A DNA stretch of 64,000 nt from Ginglymostoma cirratum (GCA_024137785.1 JAHRHZ010000268.1:6262772-6326771); one strand, 5' to 3'; counted from the first letter of the stretch, positions 1-13,706 are shown. Program-made: numbers and translations. The notes: a model not told the origin generated them from the sequence alone.

Positions 1-175
1 GCTGTACCTTCACTGTCGCTGGGTCAAAATCATGGCATTCTCTCCCTAAGGGCATTGTGGGTCAACCTACAGCATGTTGACTACAATGATTCAAGAAGGC
101 TGCTCACCACTACCTTCTCAATGGCAATAAATGCTAGCCAGCCAGTGACACGCATGTCCCACAAATGAATTAAAA
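1..175 (+). mobile_element. 3' tail of CR1/L2-group LINE
   Basis: ggcaataaatgctagccagccagtgac...catgtcccacaaatgaattaaaa tail also ends the SINE at 16515-16880 and occurs reversed at 26430 and 28020. Confidence 0.6.
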
Positions 176-469
176 GAAGACTGTAAACCCCAACAGAAGT
201 GTTCAATGTTCACGTTCCCTTTCTGGATCCCATATGGGGACATATTATAAATGGTAGCCCCTTTCAACCTATTACTGCCCTTCTAAATCAAAACACTCAG
301 CACCTCTGTCCTTGCAAATTACTATTCCATCGCTCTCTAAACCATTCGAATATGTCATCATTTCGCAAATTCATGCTCCCTTTACCAACAAATCCATGCT
401 TAAATCTTTCCAATCACATTCCCAGCTCATGACACAGTGAAAAATTGCTCTGTTCAAGTGATTGCAGCC

Positions 470-1270
470 ATGATCTATCTCTGAACTCATCCTCCAGATC
501 CTCTACAGCCTTTAACATGCTAAACCACAATGTCTCTACTCTCCTGCCAGTTTAGTGGGACTGACCTGAATTGGTTCCGTTCTTAGCTATCTGAAGTCAG
601 CTGAAGATCTCTAGCAATGCCTTCTCATCCATTCCTAACATTATCTCTGCAATTCCTTTAATCTCTATCCTTAACCTTCCTCTCCTTCATCTAACTCCTA
701 CCCCCTTGTGAAATCGTTCATAGCCATAGGATTATCTTCCAAATATAGGCAACCATATTCTAATCAGGACCTACCTCTGTGCTATCATACTGCATTCAAG
801 CTCTAATTCTGGATAATCTGCAATTTCCTCCTATGTATCCTTGGAAATACAAGAGCCATTGTCATCAGTCCCTACCACAAATGCCTCCTTGCCACCAAAT
901 TTAACTTTCTTCACAGCCTTGATTTCAGTTGTGAGCAATGAATGGATCATCCTATTTAACATGAAGCTGATCTTCTGAACCATATCCTAAGCACCACAAA
1001 ACCTGCTGCTTCCACTTCCAGAACACTGCCCAGTCCACCTCTGTCCCAACTGCTTCAAAGTTTCCCGCGTGCCTTTATCATCTCCAATCTTAAACTGCTG
1101 TTCAGTACACCCCTCCTGAATGCGTGACACATTTAGTCTGATTCTGGTGCATGAATCCTAGTCTGCACAATGTCCCATTTATCTATCAGCACGTGCTCCA
1201 TGACCTATATTGGGTAGCTCCTTGTCCCTCAATACTTCCAACCTGAAGTAGTCGTCCTTGTACTTAATAA
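470..1270 (+). mobile_element. Old L2-like LINE RT fragment
   Basis: decayed LDLSAAFDTVDH-like segment near 490-530, C/T-rich, no ORF. Confidence 0.4.
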
Positions 1271-1669
1271 CCCATTGTATATGATTCAATTGAATATTGT
1301 GAAGCAGTTTCCTCCTGAATTTGAATTGTTTCAAACAGATTCAAGGTGTCCAGAAAATAAACTAGAAAGACAAAGTACGGATTTTAGAACATATTGTACT
1401 GGAGCAGAAGATTGATATTGCTTCATAGAGTTAGCATGCACACAAAGCTCATGCCTAACACAGACAGAATTGATATTGCTTAAACTATAAATGGTAGATT
1501 TTCTTGAATGCTTTCTGAATGCTGTCCATATTTAATGCAAAGATATATAATTCAGAAACTTCTTTCGGCAGTACCATCATACTTGCATTCTTGACAAATT
1601 TGCCCTAATATGTTAATTAAGATCAGCAAGTATTTATTCCCTTTTAATAAGAACAATCAAAATAAATAA

Positions 1670-1960
1670 AACCACTTGTATATTGCACCTCACACGGCCC
1701 CCAAAAGTGCATTAGAGCCAATTTTACACATAGCAAGCTTCCACAAACCAGATAATCATTTTGGTTGATGGCTGAGTTTTTGCCAGACCACCAATGCGAC
1801 GAGATCCTTGAGAGGTTAGATGGAGCCTCAATTTTAACATCCCATCTAAAAGACAGTAACTCAGCTAGTGCAGTACTCCCTCTGTATCGCAAAGGAGTGT
1901 CAGCTGGGATATTTGGACTAAAACCTCCGTAAAAGGACTTGAACCCTAATGCATTAATTA
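1670..1960 (-). mobile_element. Old Deu-domain-like SINE
   Basis: gcagtactccctctgtatcgcaaaggagtgtcagc core and reversed B-box-like ggacttgaaccc. Confidence 0.45.
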
Positions 1961-3524
1961 AGAGATCTTTAAGAATATGTGAATCAGACTCCATTTAGTA
2001 TATTTTTGACAGGAGTTATAGCCAGAAATGTTTTGAGTAGTTTGTTTCTTTTTGATGCCCTTTCAAGCAACAATCTTTCCTTCCTTGAACCAGTGCCATC
2101 TACTTAATTTCTGACTATGCTAAATGATTTTATTGTGAAAGAATGTAATAGCATTGTCGCGACATGAATAGATTCTCTGTTTGGAATTCTCTGAGACCAA
2201 CAGGGGCATTGCTAGTGGATGTATTTTCCACTGCATTTGTACCCTCGTTAAAATGTGCCTCTACAATAAAAAAAAGAATCCTCCAGAATGCATTTAGAAC
2301 GAAGTGTAAATGATGACGCATCTTTTACCAGCCCATGCTGAAGAAAACAGCCACTCTATTTTTTTTTGTATGTTTTGGATATAAAGTAGAAGATCCTTTG
2401 CTGTTCTGAACAGATGAAAATTAGTAAGAATCTTATTTTCTTAATTTCAAATTGCTTAAATTTGTAGGCACATTGCAGGATCACTGTCTTTTAACTTTGC
2501 TTTGTAGTTCTAATGATTTTAAGGACCCTCTGAATGTAATTTGCTGAACATTGTTTGTTGCCATATTCTGTTTCTTAGTGGGAGGTTGTTTTCTATGAAT
2601 AATCTGTATTTACAGCAGTCAAGTCTGTCGGAAAATTGGTAGTGGACAGGTTAAAGAGCTGGTGATTCTTTCCCTACAGAGAATGAAGGTTTATCCTTGG
2701 GGCATTAATTAACAAAGGGCTCAGAATTTAGGGTGAAAGCAGTCTGTATCAGGTTTCCAAGGTGTAAATGGTAACATGATTGGGGTTTGGATGGTTACTT
2801 TCCTCAACCTCTCTTCTTGAAGCATATTCTAGTACCCCCAATCATGTCCTGATGAAGCCAGTGAAAGTCTTGTGTTGGATATGCACTGGAATAGGAGTTG
2901 AGATTAGCTTGTGGGATCTTGGCACAAACACAAGGATAAGCCAGGCATGATGGACTGTTTTGGTTCATCATCCCCCTGCCATCTGGTCCAAGGCTGCTCT
3001 GCAGGTCAAAACATGAGACATTCACAATGGATTCCTGGAGCACCCTTCTCAAAAAATACTTCATAGTCAATGAATCACTTTTGAAGCTTTTGAGTATTAG
3101 GTTGGTAAACATGTTAGCTAGTGTACGTACAACAATGTTCCACAAACAGCAAGGATGAAGTGCAATTAAGCTGCTATGGTTGAGATTTGAAGGGTAAATG
3201 TTGACATTGACTCTAAGAGAACTCTGCAACGCTTTGAATAGTGCTGTAAAATTGCTAATGCCCACCCAGCAGGTTAGATATGACCTGGATTTGACATCTT
3301 ATCATGTGTTGATATGTAAGTGCCATTCACATAATTTGGGGGCTACTGAAGCACAAACTTGCCCTCTGACATTTGCTGAGTGCCAATGATAGGAGTCACA
3401 TGATGCACCTCTATGGCTCAAATCTCCAAGGTCACCTCATGTTGGGCCTCAGGCTTTTGGCTCCTAATGATAAAAAAAACGAGATGGCATCAGTTCTTCA
3501 ATCCCTATCTCCTGGCAGCAAGGT

Positions 3525-3650
3525 TAGACCTGAAGAAGGGGTGAGGCTCTGAAAGATTGTGTTTTCAAATAAACCTTTTGGACTATAACCTAATGTCCTG
3601 TGATTTCTGACCTTGTCCACACAAGTCCAACACCGGCACCTCTGCATCAT
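3525..3650 (+). mobile_element. Penelope-like terminal-repeat fragment with decayed hammerhead
   Basis: cctgaagaaggggtgaggctctgaaag = CUGANGA-stem-GAAA, followed by aaataaacc...ggactataacct. Confidence 0.5.
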
Positions 3651-6600
3651 AGTCTAGGCTGTCAGACCAGCTTTCCTCATACTCTAAAACACAGCTGAAC
3701 AGCAGCTTTGCTGTTATCTACCCTTGATGTGGTGGTGATGTGTTAGGCACTAAACTGCTTTGAGACTTTATTTTCGGCCATGTTTTATTTGGAATGTAGT
3801 AGAAACAGGTCACAATGAAAACAGCAAAAATAAGCACAGGCCATCAGGTTTTGTTATGTTTGGAAAGGATTTTATAGCTCCCAGTTAGTCTCTTAAATAG
3901 ATAGCAGCAACAAATCCTGGGCTATAATTGTATCATGTAGAAAATCTGAAATCAAAATGAAACGAACAATATTAGATAGCCTTCCTTTATTCCATAAGGT
4001 ACTGTTTTGTGTTGGGATATATTTCCACAGGTTCAGTCTCCCTACAGAGCTTCATGAAAACGCCCTTGTTGACTCAGGGGGTGTAGTGATGGTAGATTAC
4101 AATGAGGGAAGGTGATCCTGTGCTCAACCATTGACAAAGGTCATACGTTTTCATGGCACAGTAAACGAGAACATGGCTTATTTTCACATCCTTGCTCTAA
4201 TAGTGGCTGTTGTCATTAGTGCCACATTTACTTCGAAACCAAGTAGAGTTGAGTAATTTAGCTCAGACTTGTTGCTCGACCTACGACTTTCTCGATCTGT
4301 GTGATTTACCAACCTAACCAATACAAGACCCCACAGTAAGGCAAATGCTTTTCTTTCTTGATCTTTGTACTCAAGTCACGTGTTGCTGATTCCCAATTAT
4401 TACTCCCCATGGCTCATGCTTTGGTTTGATTCAGCTTGCTTATTTGATGACATCATTTCACGTTGTTGAAAAGAAGCAGCTTGAAGCACATATTCCAGAT
4501 ATCACCATAGTGTCTGGTTGCTATGGTAATATATGCACTTGCTACCAGTTTCTGGAAATGTAACAGCATAACAATCAAATTGAATTTGCCCATTTTCAAA
4601 CTTCAAATTAGGCACTTTACAAATTTCCAGACTCACCACGAAATCCAACACTTTCGGATCCTAACCATTGCTTGAATAGCAGGTGTGGAAAATGATTCTG
4701 CTGTTGTTATTTACAGGTGTTCTTCATCCATTTTTCTTTCCTGCTCTTTGTTTGTTACCATTTCCTTCTGTCTTTTTACCATGTTCTCCACTGATATTTG
4801 ATGTCTCCTGCCCTCCAGCCTACCATAGACCTTTCCTTTTGTTCTTTATGACCTATCCCCTTTCCCTGCCTCTGTGTTTGCTTAAAATCCCACATGATTC
4901 ACCTCTCACATCTTCTAGCTCTGATCCAAAATGTTACTTCTGGGGTTTTCGCAGGTTCATGGATGCTCTGCACCTTAGCCAAACTGGTGTCAGGATGGAG
5001 GTCTGATCTTCACTCGGTGAGAAAGGGGGCAGGATGTAATTCACACACATGGGACACCAAAGCCAGGAGGACCAATGTGAATTTTTGCTGACTTCAAACT
5101 GACCTTACTTTTACTGGATCAGCGTGTACTTCACAAGAGTGTGTGACTTACGATTCTTAAGAGTAGATGTGAATGTTCATAAAGGGTGAATGAGTCTTGT
5201 GAAACTATCAGGCTGTCAATTTATTTAAGTCCTCTGTTCTTTCAATTTTGAGAAAAAGATACAGTCTGCCTTGTCTCTGAACTGAAAATAATTGATGCTT
5301 GGATGTTAGACATGTATGTGTTGAAATAATCCAAGGAGCTATCATTATAGTATTATTACTGATAGACTTCTTGCACTATCTGTGATTATTGCATGGTGGG
5401 GGATGGGGCGGCAGTGGTGTGGGGTTGGAGGCAACATTCTGTAAATTTACAGTTTGATTGACAACTCTAAGAGGTAATTAGTGGATTAGCTGTCTTTGGC
5501 ATGGGGCTATGCATTTAAATGTACAAATTTTGTTTTTGAGGTAAATGCTTTAAAAGATTTAGATGTGTTGAATGGGCTTTCAACAATGGGCAATTCAACA
5601 CAGGGCATGTTTATTTGATATAGTGAAGTCTGCAATACATGTTTAGAACTTTATTCATCTCAGCATGACTCCTGAGACCATAGTAGACACTGGATGAGAT
5701 GATATGAAAGTTGTAAATGCAAAGGATAATGAATGAGGAGACATGATTTGACGTAGGCTTCCAATAGGTTGGTATTGGAGCTATAAAGAGCCATTGGGAC
5801 AGGTACAGGTGAATGGTTGACACGGAGGGTATGAGATTCCATGGTTGGGGTATAAAGAACCGTGAGTTGTCATGAAAGCAATGAAAGGCATTGGAGGGTG
5901 TGTGGGGGCATAAGTTAACATGAATGAAGAATGTGTGCTGAGGTTGAGGAGTGAGAACTAGAGGACTTAACCACTTTCTTCCATCATCATTTGAGTGAGA
6001 ATCCAGTCATGTATGGATTTATTTCTTCCAAGACGGGTTTGCTGAGTAGGGATGTTTCTGATGCTGTGCACATGCCCCAGGAATGAAAATCCAGGCCTTG
6101 TTTGTCTCCCAACAGATGCTGGTTGACTATTGAATGTTTAGAGCATTGTCTTTATTTATTTCAGATTTCTAGCATCCAGAGCATTTTCCTTTTGTGTTTT
6201 GTTAATGTGGGTCAAACATTACTGAAAGATCAGTAGAAAGAGATTGCATATTCATGCACTGAATTATATAGGAAAGAATGTTTCAGAATCATTAACCGAA
6301 CTCATTGTGTTTCTGCATGATTCATCAAATGCCACCAAGCTGTCTTCTAGAGGAATAGATTACTGTAAATCTCATGAAATGATCCCATACATCATTTGCA
6401 GTTCAATCATTAAAATTCTGACTAAATATTCTTCAATAATACTTTTTCTGAGGATCTTCACTTTCCAAAGAATTTTGCATGTGTAAACTGCACCAAAACA
6501 GTCAGCAACAACAATTTATATTTGTTGGGTGTCACAAAAATGATGCTGTGTGCTCCAGTAAGCCTCTACATGTTTCATTTAGCCATTATGATCATTAGCA

Positions 6601-6892
6601 AGGAGATGTGGGAGTGGGGATATCTAGATTGGCTAGATGGCTGTCGTGTGGATCATATTCATTCAACATGGAATTTGATACCTATTCCAGCTGAGGTAGC
6701 TTTGGGGCCCTGCCCCATCACTTTATCCATAGTAAAAATTGAGGTGTTTTGCTTGCTGTGGCTCCGTGTAAAATCACCAGGGACCTGCCTACAGACAGAG
6801 AAGTCTTTTTGTTTATTGAAGCACCAGAGACGACAATGATTACGGTCTCCCCTTCACCATCACAGCAGGAGATTTCAAGCTACTGACACCAT

Positions 6893-7525
6893 GAGACATA
6901 GGAGCAGAAATTAGCCCACTCAGCCCATCAAGTCTGCTCTGCCATTCAATCTTGGCTGATACGTTTCTCAACCCCATTCTCCCGCTTTCTCCCCGTAACC
7001 CTTAATTTCCTTGACAATCAAGAACCTATCTATCTCCATCTTAAGCATACTTAATGACCTGACCGCCACAGCCTTCAGTGGCAGTGAATTCCATAGATTC
7101 ACCATTCTCCGGCTGAAGAAGTTTCTCCTTATCTCTGTTTTAAATGATCTTCTCTTTACTCTAAGGCTGTGCCCTCAGGTCCTAGTCTCTCCTACCAATG
7201 GAAACATCTTCCTGATATATGTCCAGGCCAATCAGTATTCTGTAAGTTTCAGTTAGATCCCTCCTCATCCTTCTAAACTCCACTGAGTATAGATCCAGAA
7301 TCCTCAAACGTTCCTCATATGTTAAGTTTTTCATTCATGGGACCATTCACGTGAACCTCCTCTGAACCCGCTCCAGGGCCAGTACATCTTTCCTGAGATA
7401 TGGGGCCCAAAACTGTGCACAATACTCCAACTGTGGCCTGACCAGAGCCTGAAAGAGTCTCAGAAGTGCTGTTACCTTCAAGTCCTTTCAAAATAAATGC
7501 CAAAGTTGCATTTGCCTTCCTAATG
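6893..7525 (-). mobile_element. CR1 LINE 3' fragment
   Basis: reversed CR1 3' end; minus-strand KANATLAFI-like end of RT; same family at 38870, 51895, 63478. Confidence 0.8.
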
Positions 7526-8439
7526 AATATGCGTATATTTACCACTATTTTACTTCTAAAGCTTCATTCCTTTTCAGATAGCCACATCATTAATTATCAT
7601 CCCTTCTATTCACAAAACCAATTATTTTCATCAAACAATTAAGCACCAAAGCAAGTTTTTATTTGTCCAAGATAACTTTGATGTGCACTATCTTAGATGC
7701 TTGGATGTAAAAGCATATTTGTCACTCAAAACTACTGAACTTGATTTATTTATTTCCAATTGTTATTTGTAACATTTCACAAATTACAGTCCACGTTTAT
7801 CTCTTTTCTGGATAATAATAGAAATGTTGGCAGCATGTAACGATTAACAGTCTGGAACTGAGATTATTTTCTGACTGTTCAACTTTCTGTGTATGTGTAT
7901 GGACTGATTAATGGATTACTGTGGTTTTATTTGAGTTGCTGCATTCTAAAGTTGCATCATATCCTGCTATTCCAAGTATCCAACAGAGTTAGACACACAG
8001 CACTAAGATTAGCTATTAGTTGGGGGTTGGGGAGGGGCATTGTCAATCCAGTGGTATTAACCCCACTGATAACGGGTCAGTCTTCCCATCTCAAGCGCGT
8101 TCATCCTCCAACCACATTGATTTTTTTTTCCATATGAAGATAAGCATAAAGTATATTTTTAAAAAAACTCTAGTAGCAGCTTGTTGCTACTGTCATCAAC
8201 AGGCAGAAAGTAGGCCATGATAGACAGAGCAGCATTACCAATCACTATTTTATTCAAAATATATATGTTCTTCTTGATTGAGATCGTTCATGCATTTGAG
8301 GAAAAAAAAGTGCACAAATTTGTTTGGATTTTAATCAATCACGTTTATTTGTATGTGGAAGTGGAATTTAGCAAAGAAAATAAATTGGTGTTACATAACC
8401 TTTTTTTTTAACAATTATACAGTGCCTTTTTCTCTCTTG

Positions 8440-8633
8440 GTTACCTAGCATTAAGAGCCTACGCGCATTGCCCGTCACTGCCTGTTCAGGCTCAGTTACC
8501 TAGCAGCATTTATTTCACTCCTTTACTGCCAAGCCTCTGAGGAAGCTTGTCGCACTTAGGTCTGTGGAGCAATCCAGTTAAAAGTGATATCTGATCCCGG
8601 ACTGGTTTGCTGTGCTGCTCCCGGTAGGTACGT
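8440..8633 (+). promoter_or_regulatory. Candidate internal promoter / non-coding first exon with two RFX X-box-like motifs
   Basis: GTTACCTAGCA at 8440 and 8495; local CpGs; donor-like CCG|GTAGGT (8624) and AG|GTACGT (8628). Confidence 0.35.
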
Positions 8634-8838
8634 GCCACCTTGTAGCATCTTCTCTGAAATGGATAAAATGGCAGCTGACTGAAAAACCCGCCATGGACCA
8701 GCTCAATTCTTCTGAAGAATTGGATTCAGAGTGCCAGCAAGCTGATGCAATTTATTTCACGTTTTACCACAGAAGTTGAAATTCGTGTACCGCATTGGAA
8801 ATGTAACACATGTAAGATGTTGTTTTGATCCCTTGCAG

Positions 8839-9018
8839 CTCATCAGCGATGGCAGTGTGGTGTATGCAGAGGCACTCTGGGACCATGTCACTATGGATGT
8901 CCAGGAGCTGGGCTTCAAGGCTGGTGATGTCATTGAAGTAGTGGATGCTACTAACAAAGAGTGGTGGTGGGGCAGGATCGCGGACAGTGAAGGCTGGTTC
9001 CCTGCCAGCTTTGTGCGG
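8839..9018 (+). CDS. ARHGEF4: Rho GEF ARHGEF4/Asef-like, SH3 exon (first coding exon visible)
   Basis: ccttgcag| acceptor, CGG|gtaagg donor, 180 nt; [60 protein letters not shown] is the Asef/collybistin-family SH3, closest to ARHGEF4 as I recall it. Confidence 0.93.
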
Positions 9019-10600
9019 GTAAGGACCGTTGCACATAAGGAAAGAAGACTGATAAAACTGGTGTGGGTGGAGGGTCTGCCAAGACAGTGAATTGAACAGT
9101 TCTCATGTGACATAGACTGAGGAAGGAGCACAAGCAGCTTAATCTACCAACAGGTCTGCAGCCTGAAGCACTACCTCAGTTTGCATTCATTGCATTCAGT
9201 AGTCCACCATTTAATTCCATTTTCTTGTCTGTATGGTTGCCAAGATGCAGATCAGACGGCAATAAATAAAATCCTAAGATACAAGATATTGCACAACCAC
9301 AGTTCAAAAATAGCTGTTTAAAAAAAAAAATTGCTGGAAATTAAGTTTTTTTTGAGTATGCAGACATTTAGTATAAACCCAGAAAGATAAATCCACTGAT
9401 CCTGCAATCTTGGCAGGGAGTCTGAATTAACATTCTGATACTGTGCACTTTCCAAATCAAATGGCATTCCTATAGAGGGTTGCAAATTCAGCCAAATTAC
9501 CCCTCAATGTCATTTCTTGAAATGGCCGAAAGTGTACAACGGAATTCGATCTTATTTGCTACATAACCTTGATATGCAACTTTTCAATGAATGACCTTCG
9601 ACAGCACATTGTGTAATTACTGATGTTGAACGAAACTGATTCGAGCAATTGTATTCCCCAAAACTTCCCTGTATTTCCTACATGCTACAAAATGACAAGT
9701 GTAAATTAATATTGCCATTTTATATGCTTTTAAAAAGCTTTGGCTGTGGCGAGCAGACATTTTGTTTGATACTGTACCTGATACAAGCGTATGAAGTTAC
9801 ATGTATTGTTTAATGGGCATTAGAATCCATATTGATTCAGCCAAACATTATATGATGTTGAAATGAAAATCTAATTATCCAGTAGATTGAATTTTAAAAA
9901 TTTCAATAAAATGGTACAGGTGTTGTTTTTATTAATGACTTCAATATAAATTTAGCAATGTCTAATTAAGATTTGAACTGCGTTAGCGTCAGTGATGCCT
10001 CAGACAGGCCAGTGTGATGCAACATGGAAACTGCTTAGCACAAATCACAGGAAAATCCCAAATGGGAACTCATGAATCTTATTGAGGAACTACCTTAAAA
10101 TACAACTTTGATGATGATTTACAGTGGAGATGACTGGCAGGGCACTCTCTCCTTCAGGTTGTCACTGATGGTCATTGTTCAAGAACAGAAATAGAACTTT
10201 ATAGAAGGGATTTAAATGAAGCAAAAAAGGTACTTTATCATTTTGATCATTTATAGCCTCCAGACTAAGCTAAAGAAATTAGTATTGAAAGAAATATCAA
10301 AGAGGTGTGGTTTAAAAATGGAGAAATCTTCATCGTCTGAAGGAGGCAATTCAGCAAGGAACCTCATTGACAGAAAGCACACCCAGAAAATTGGAGTGAA
10401 GGAAGAATGAATGATACACTAGAAACTTGACCAATTCAGAAGTAATAGAAGTACTGGAATGAGTTTATTTAGGGCCACTAGTGTCAAATATCAGAGTACA
10501 CAAATAAATCTTGGATCTCGTTATGATTACTGTTCCAGTTGGAAAGAATATAAATTAAGTACATATTCGCTTTTGTTTCTTTGCTCTTTTACTTCTAAAG

Positions 10601-10795
10601 TTGTGGGTCAACCAGGATGAACCCATGGAAGAATACCCAGTCAGGGTCGAGGACGGAAAACCTGATGATGCCAACAGTGCCAACCGTCGGCTGGCCACAG
10701 GCCAATCAAAGAAAGACCAAATGCGGACCAATGTTATCAGTGAGATTATGAGCACCGAGAATGATTATATCAAACATTTAAAGGATATCTGTGAG
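10601..10795 (+). CDS. ARHGEF4: ARHGEF4 exon: SH3-DH linker and start of DH domain
   Basis: pyrimidine tract ending ctaaag|, GAG|gtaagg donor, 195 nt; LWVNQDEP...KDQMRTNVISEIMSTENDYIKHLKDICE. Confidence 0.93.
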
Positions 10796-11007
10796 GTAAG
10801 GTTTGGAATAGCACATTAAAAATGTGCCATTCATTTAGGATTTCAGAGAAGATGATTTAAGCCCAAGTATCAATCCTTATTATTATTTCTTGTTATGTAG
10901 CACCAATGTATTGTGAGAAATATGGAAACATTGCTTCATGGATTTTCAAGCTGTACTTTCTACGCAAAAGTTGACATGCAGCAAGTCTAATGCTTTATTC
11001 TCTACCA

Positions 11008-11210
11008 CAGAAAGCTGTGGGAGCCAATTTGTTAGATATGTTCAAGAGGGAGCTGGACATGTCCCTTGCAGCTAAAGGGATCAAGGAGTATGTAGAGAAA
11101 GTGGGAGTGGGATACTGAAATTGCACGATCAGCCATGATCATATTGAATGGTGGGGCAGGCTCGAAGGGCCAAATGACCTAGTCCTGCACCTGTTTTCTA
11201 TGTTTCTATT
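11008..11210 (+). mobile_element. CR1 LINE 3' end
   Basis: gatcagccatgatcatattgaatggtggggcaggctcgaagggccaaatg...ttctatgtttctat tail. Confidence 0.75.
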
Positions 11211-11739
11211 CTAAGTAGTGGTCAGTTTAGGAAATGCGAATGTTAACTTCAGTGAGCAAATGCTGATTCTCTACAGTTGAAGGCTCTGGATTGCTGTTCA
11301 GGGCATTCATCAATCTTTGCAAACCCTGATGTGGGTGACATTAATATGAATATTATCTAAAAGAGGAGCAATGTCTTTCTCCTTGCACTGACCTCATTTC
11401 GCCTGGATGGACACCAGTGGTGCTGAGGAAAGTTAAGGAAGAGGTGTGGATTTTTTGTGAACCTGCACCGATGCAGTGTTACTGCAGCACTAAATATGTC
11501 AGAAACTGATTAACCAAAAAAGTTCTCAGCGTGGTTGACATTCATTTTCAGAAGTGGGACATTTTAGCTGTGAAGAGAACTTAATTAAAGATGTCTAATT
11601 CTGAGCTGAGATTAATTTGATTTCAATTGCAGTAAGCTCCTTAAAGTTCGTGTCTTGTCTCAATGCTTCAGTGCTCCTCCCAGTTTGTGCACATCTGTCA
11701 TCTTGAGTTGATCCACAAAATGAGTATATTTTTGCTTCA

Positions 11740-11868
11740 TTTCTGAAGAAGGGTCCCGACCCAAAACGTCGACTTTCCTGCTCCTCTGATGCTGCCTGAC
11801 CTGCTGTGTTCCTCCAGCCCCACACTGTGTTATCACTGGCTCCAGCATCAGCAGTTCTTACTATTTCT
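11740..11868 (+). mobile_element. Short Penelope terminal-repeat insertion starting at hammerhead motif
   Basis: ttctgaagaagggtcccgacccaaaacgtc... homologous to terminal repeats at 18177 and 53430; GAAA mutated to AAAA. Confidence 0.75.
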
Positions 11869-13526
11869 GTGTGCTTGCTTCTGTGTTTTTTTCCCTGTGG
11901 TCCCTTCTGTCCTGAAGGCATATCTGCAACATAGCCCCAAGGGGTCTAAATAACTCTGATACCTCACCCAATTGCCCAGGACTCATTTTGACAGCTAGCA
12001 AATACTGGCTGTTCAACTGTAGAGGGATCACGGTCAAGCCTGAATTTTCCCTCAGCTCACGTAATCCCAAGAATTTAACAAATTGCAAATTCCCAGGTAG
12101 CCTACCTAGCACTGCTTTGGCTGAGATTTATCAGCAAAACGCAGATGAAGAATCAGATTCTGGATCTTGCTGTCCAGCTTATCCCTGAAACATATTGACA
12201 TGTTGGGCAGAACTTCCCCCTTCCAAAGAGCGGGTAGGGGTGAGTTGGAGGCAGGGGTGGTCAGTGGATCAGTGGAAAGGGTCAATAACCAGGTGCATTG
12301 ACACTGGAAAATACTCAGCGCATTACCACCGTCTCAGATATCAAGTTCTGAGTGTGGGAAGGCTCAGGTTTGGTCAAATTTCCAAACAGCTGTGAAATGC
12401 TGTAAAGTTGTAACTTAGTGTCAGGGCCTCCTCATGCTTGGCACGCAGTTATTTCAGCTCCAGGCAGGATGAGGAAATGCCAATTCACTGTTAACCTAAT
12501 TGTGGGCAGGCTGCTAGCTTGGGTGGATCAGTGGGCTCTCTTGATCTGCAATAATTTATATAATACTGAGCGATTGGACGGAGGTCAAGCAGATGACACC
12601 TGAGAGTCACCTTTTGCCCTTGCTTCTGACCACCTGCCTCTTCTCTCCTTACGATACCAGCCCCAGAAACCCTCATCCATGCATTTCTTTTTTCCGCTCC
12701 CGATCTCCCGTCTGTGGGTCCAAGGGAGCAGTGTCTGGGCAGCAATCGTGATGCTGCTGATTTCTGGAGATGTCAGCCTCTGATTGGCCAGCAGCCCCAG
12801 ACAGACTGCACCTCTGATCCGGTTGTGTAATTCTGACAGAAAACCTGACAGGAGCCAATCAGCCTACTGATTGCTGTTTAATCGGGCAGGCTTTTAGAAC
12901 AAGATAGGCCTCAGGTTTCTCAAAACAAAAATACCCTGCTTTCACACTTAGTCCATAATGGCAAGATTCCTCCAATTGTTGGGGTGGACCGACTGCACAA
13001 TGTGAAAATAATCTGCTACCTCCTTTAAATCCTCTGCCGTGTCCTGATCCTAACCAAGAAACAGGGGATATCTGGGATCTAGCATCTCTAGTCATCGGAA
13101 AGGTTTGTCCAGATGATCTGGCATATAAATTGCCCTTCCTGGCTATGGTATTCTATGTTGTTTAATGTTATAGATGAAAATAAATAGAACTGATAACCTG
13201 GCTGACGTGATTTGACAATATCTGGCTGTCTTGAAGTGTAGTGCTTTTTTGAAATCTGAGCAATAATAAAACGCTGGCCACATAGAAAGTTCTTCAGATG
13301 CAACACACAGCCTGTTCTCATGCATGCAAGGTCTTTCACAGAGCAATATTAATTAGCACACTTTGTCCTAGACATTCAATGTGTCTGCGAATTGGGGCTG
13401 AGCACTATAATAGACTGAAACAAATATTTGGGAGTTATCCATTAAGCTGCAAGTACATGAGCCGTTCGGCTGTCTTCCAGCCCTCAGAGCGAAATATGCA
13501 GTAAAACTTACACTCTTTTCCCACAG

Positions 13527-13706
13527 GGTTATGTTAAGCAGTGCCGGAAAAGGACAGACATGTTCACAGAGGAGCAGTTACGGACCATCTTTGGGAACAT
13601 TGAAGACATTTACAAATTCCAGAAGAAATTTCTTAAAGGTCTGGAGAAAAAGTTCAATAAAGATCAACCCCACCTGAGTGAGATCGGTTCCTGCTTCCTT
13701 GAATAT
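13527..13706 (+). CDS. ARHGEF4: ARHGEF4 exon: DH domain
   Basis: ttttcccacag| to TAT|gtgagt, 180 nt; [32 protein letters not shown]...[10 protein letters not shown]. Confidence 0.94.

Noticed and set aside
8693-8779. Strong Kozak gccATGG ORF (MDQLNSSEELDSECQQ...) upstream of the SH3 exon
   Set aside because: Stops at 8779, out of frame with the exon, and has no convincing donor; at most a uORF.
1-8838. Search for the upstream APC-binding-region exon of ARHGEF4
   Set aside because: No matching peptide with splice sites found by eye; probably upstream of the window.
8776-9090. ORF-track extensions of real exons (also 10601-10819, 13560-13766, 19243-19569, 27674-27922, 44272-44293)
   Set aside because: Read-through into introns; homology ends at canonical splice sites.
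11940-13090. GC-richer block with CCAAT-like motifs and many short ORFs
   Set aside because: No recognisable protein or exon structure; likely an old unclassified repeat whose ends I cannot define.
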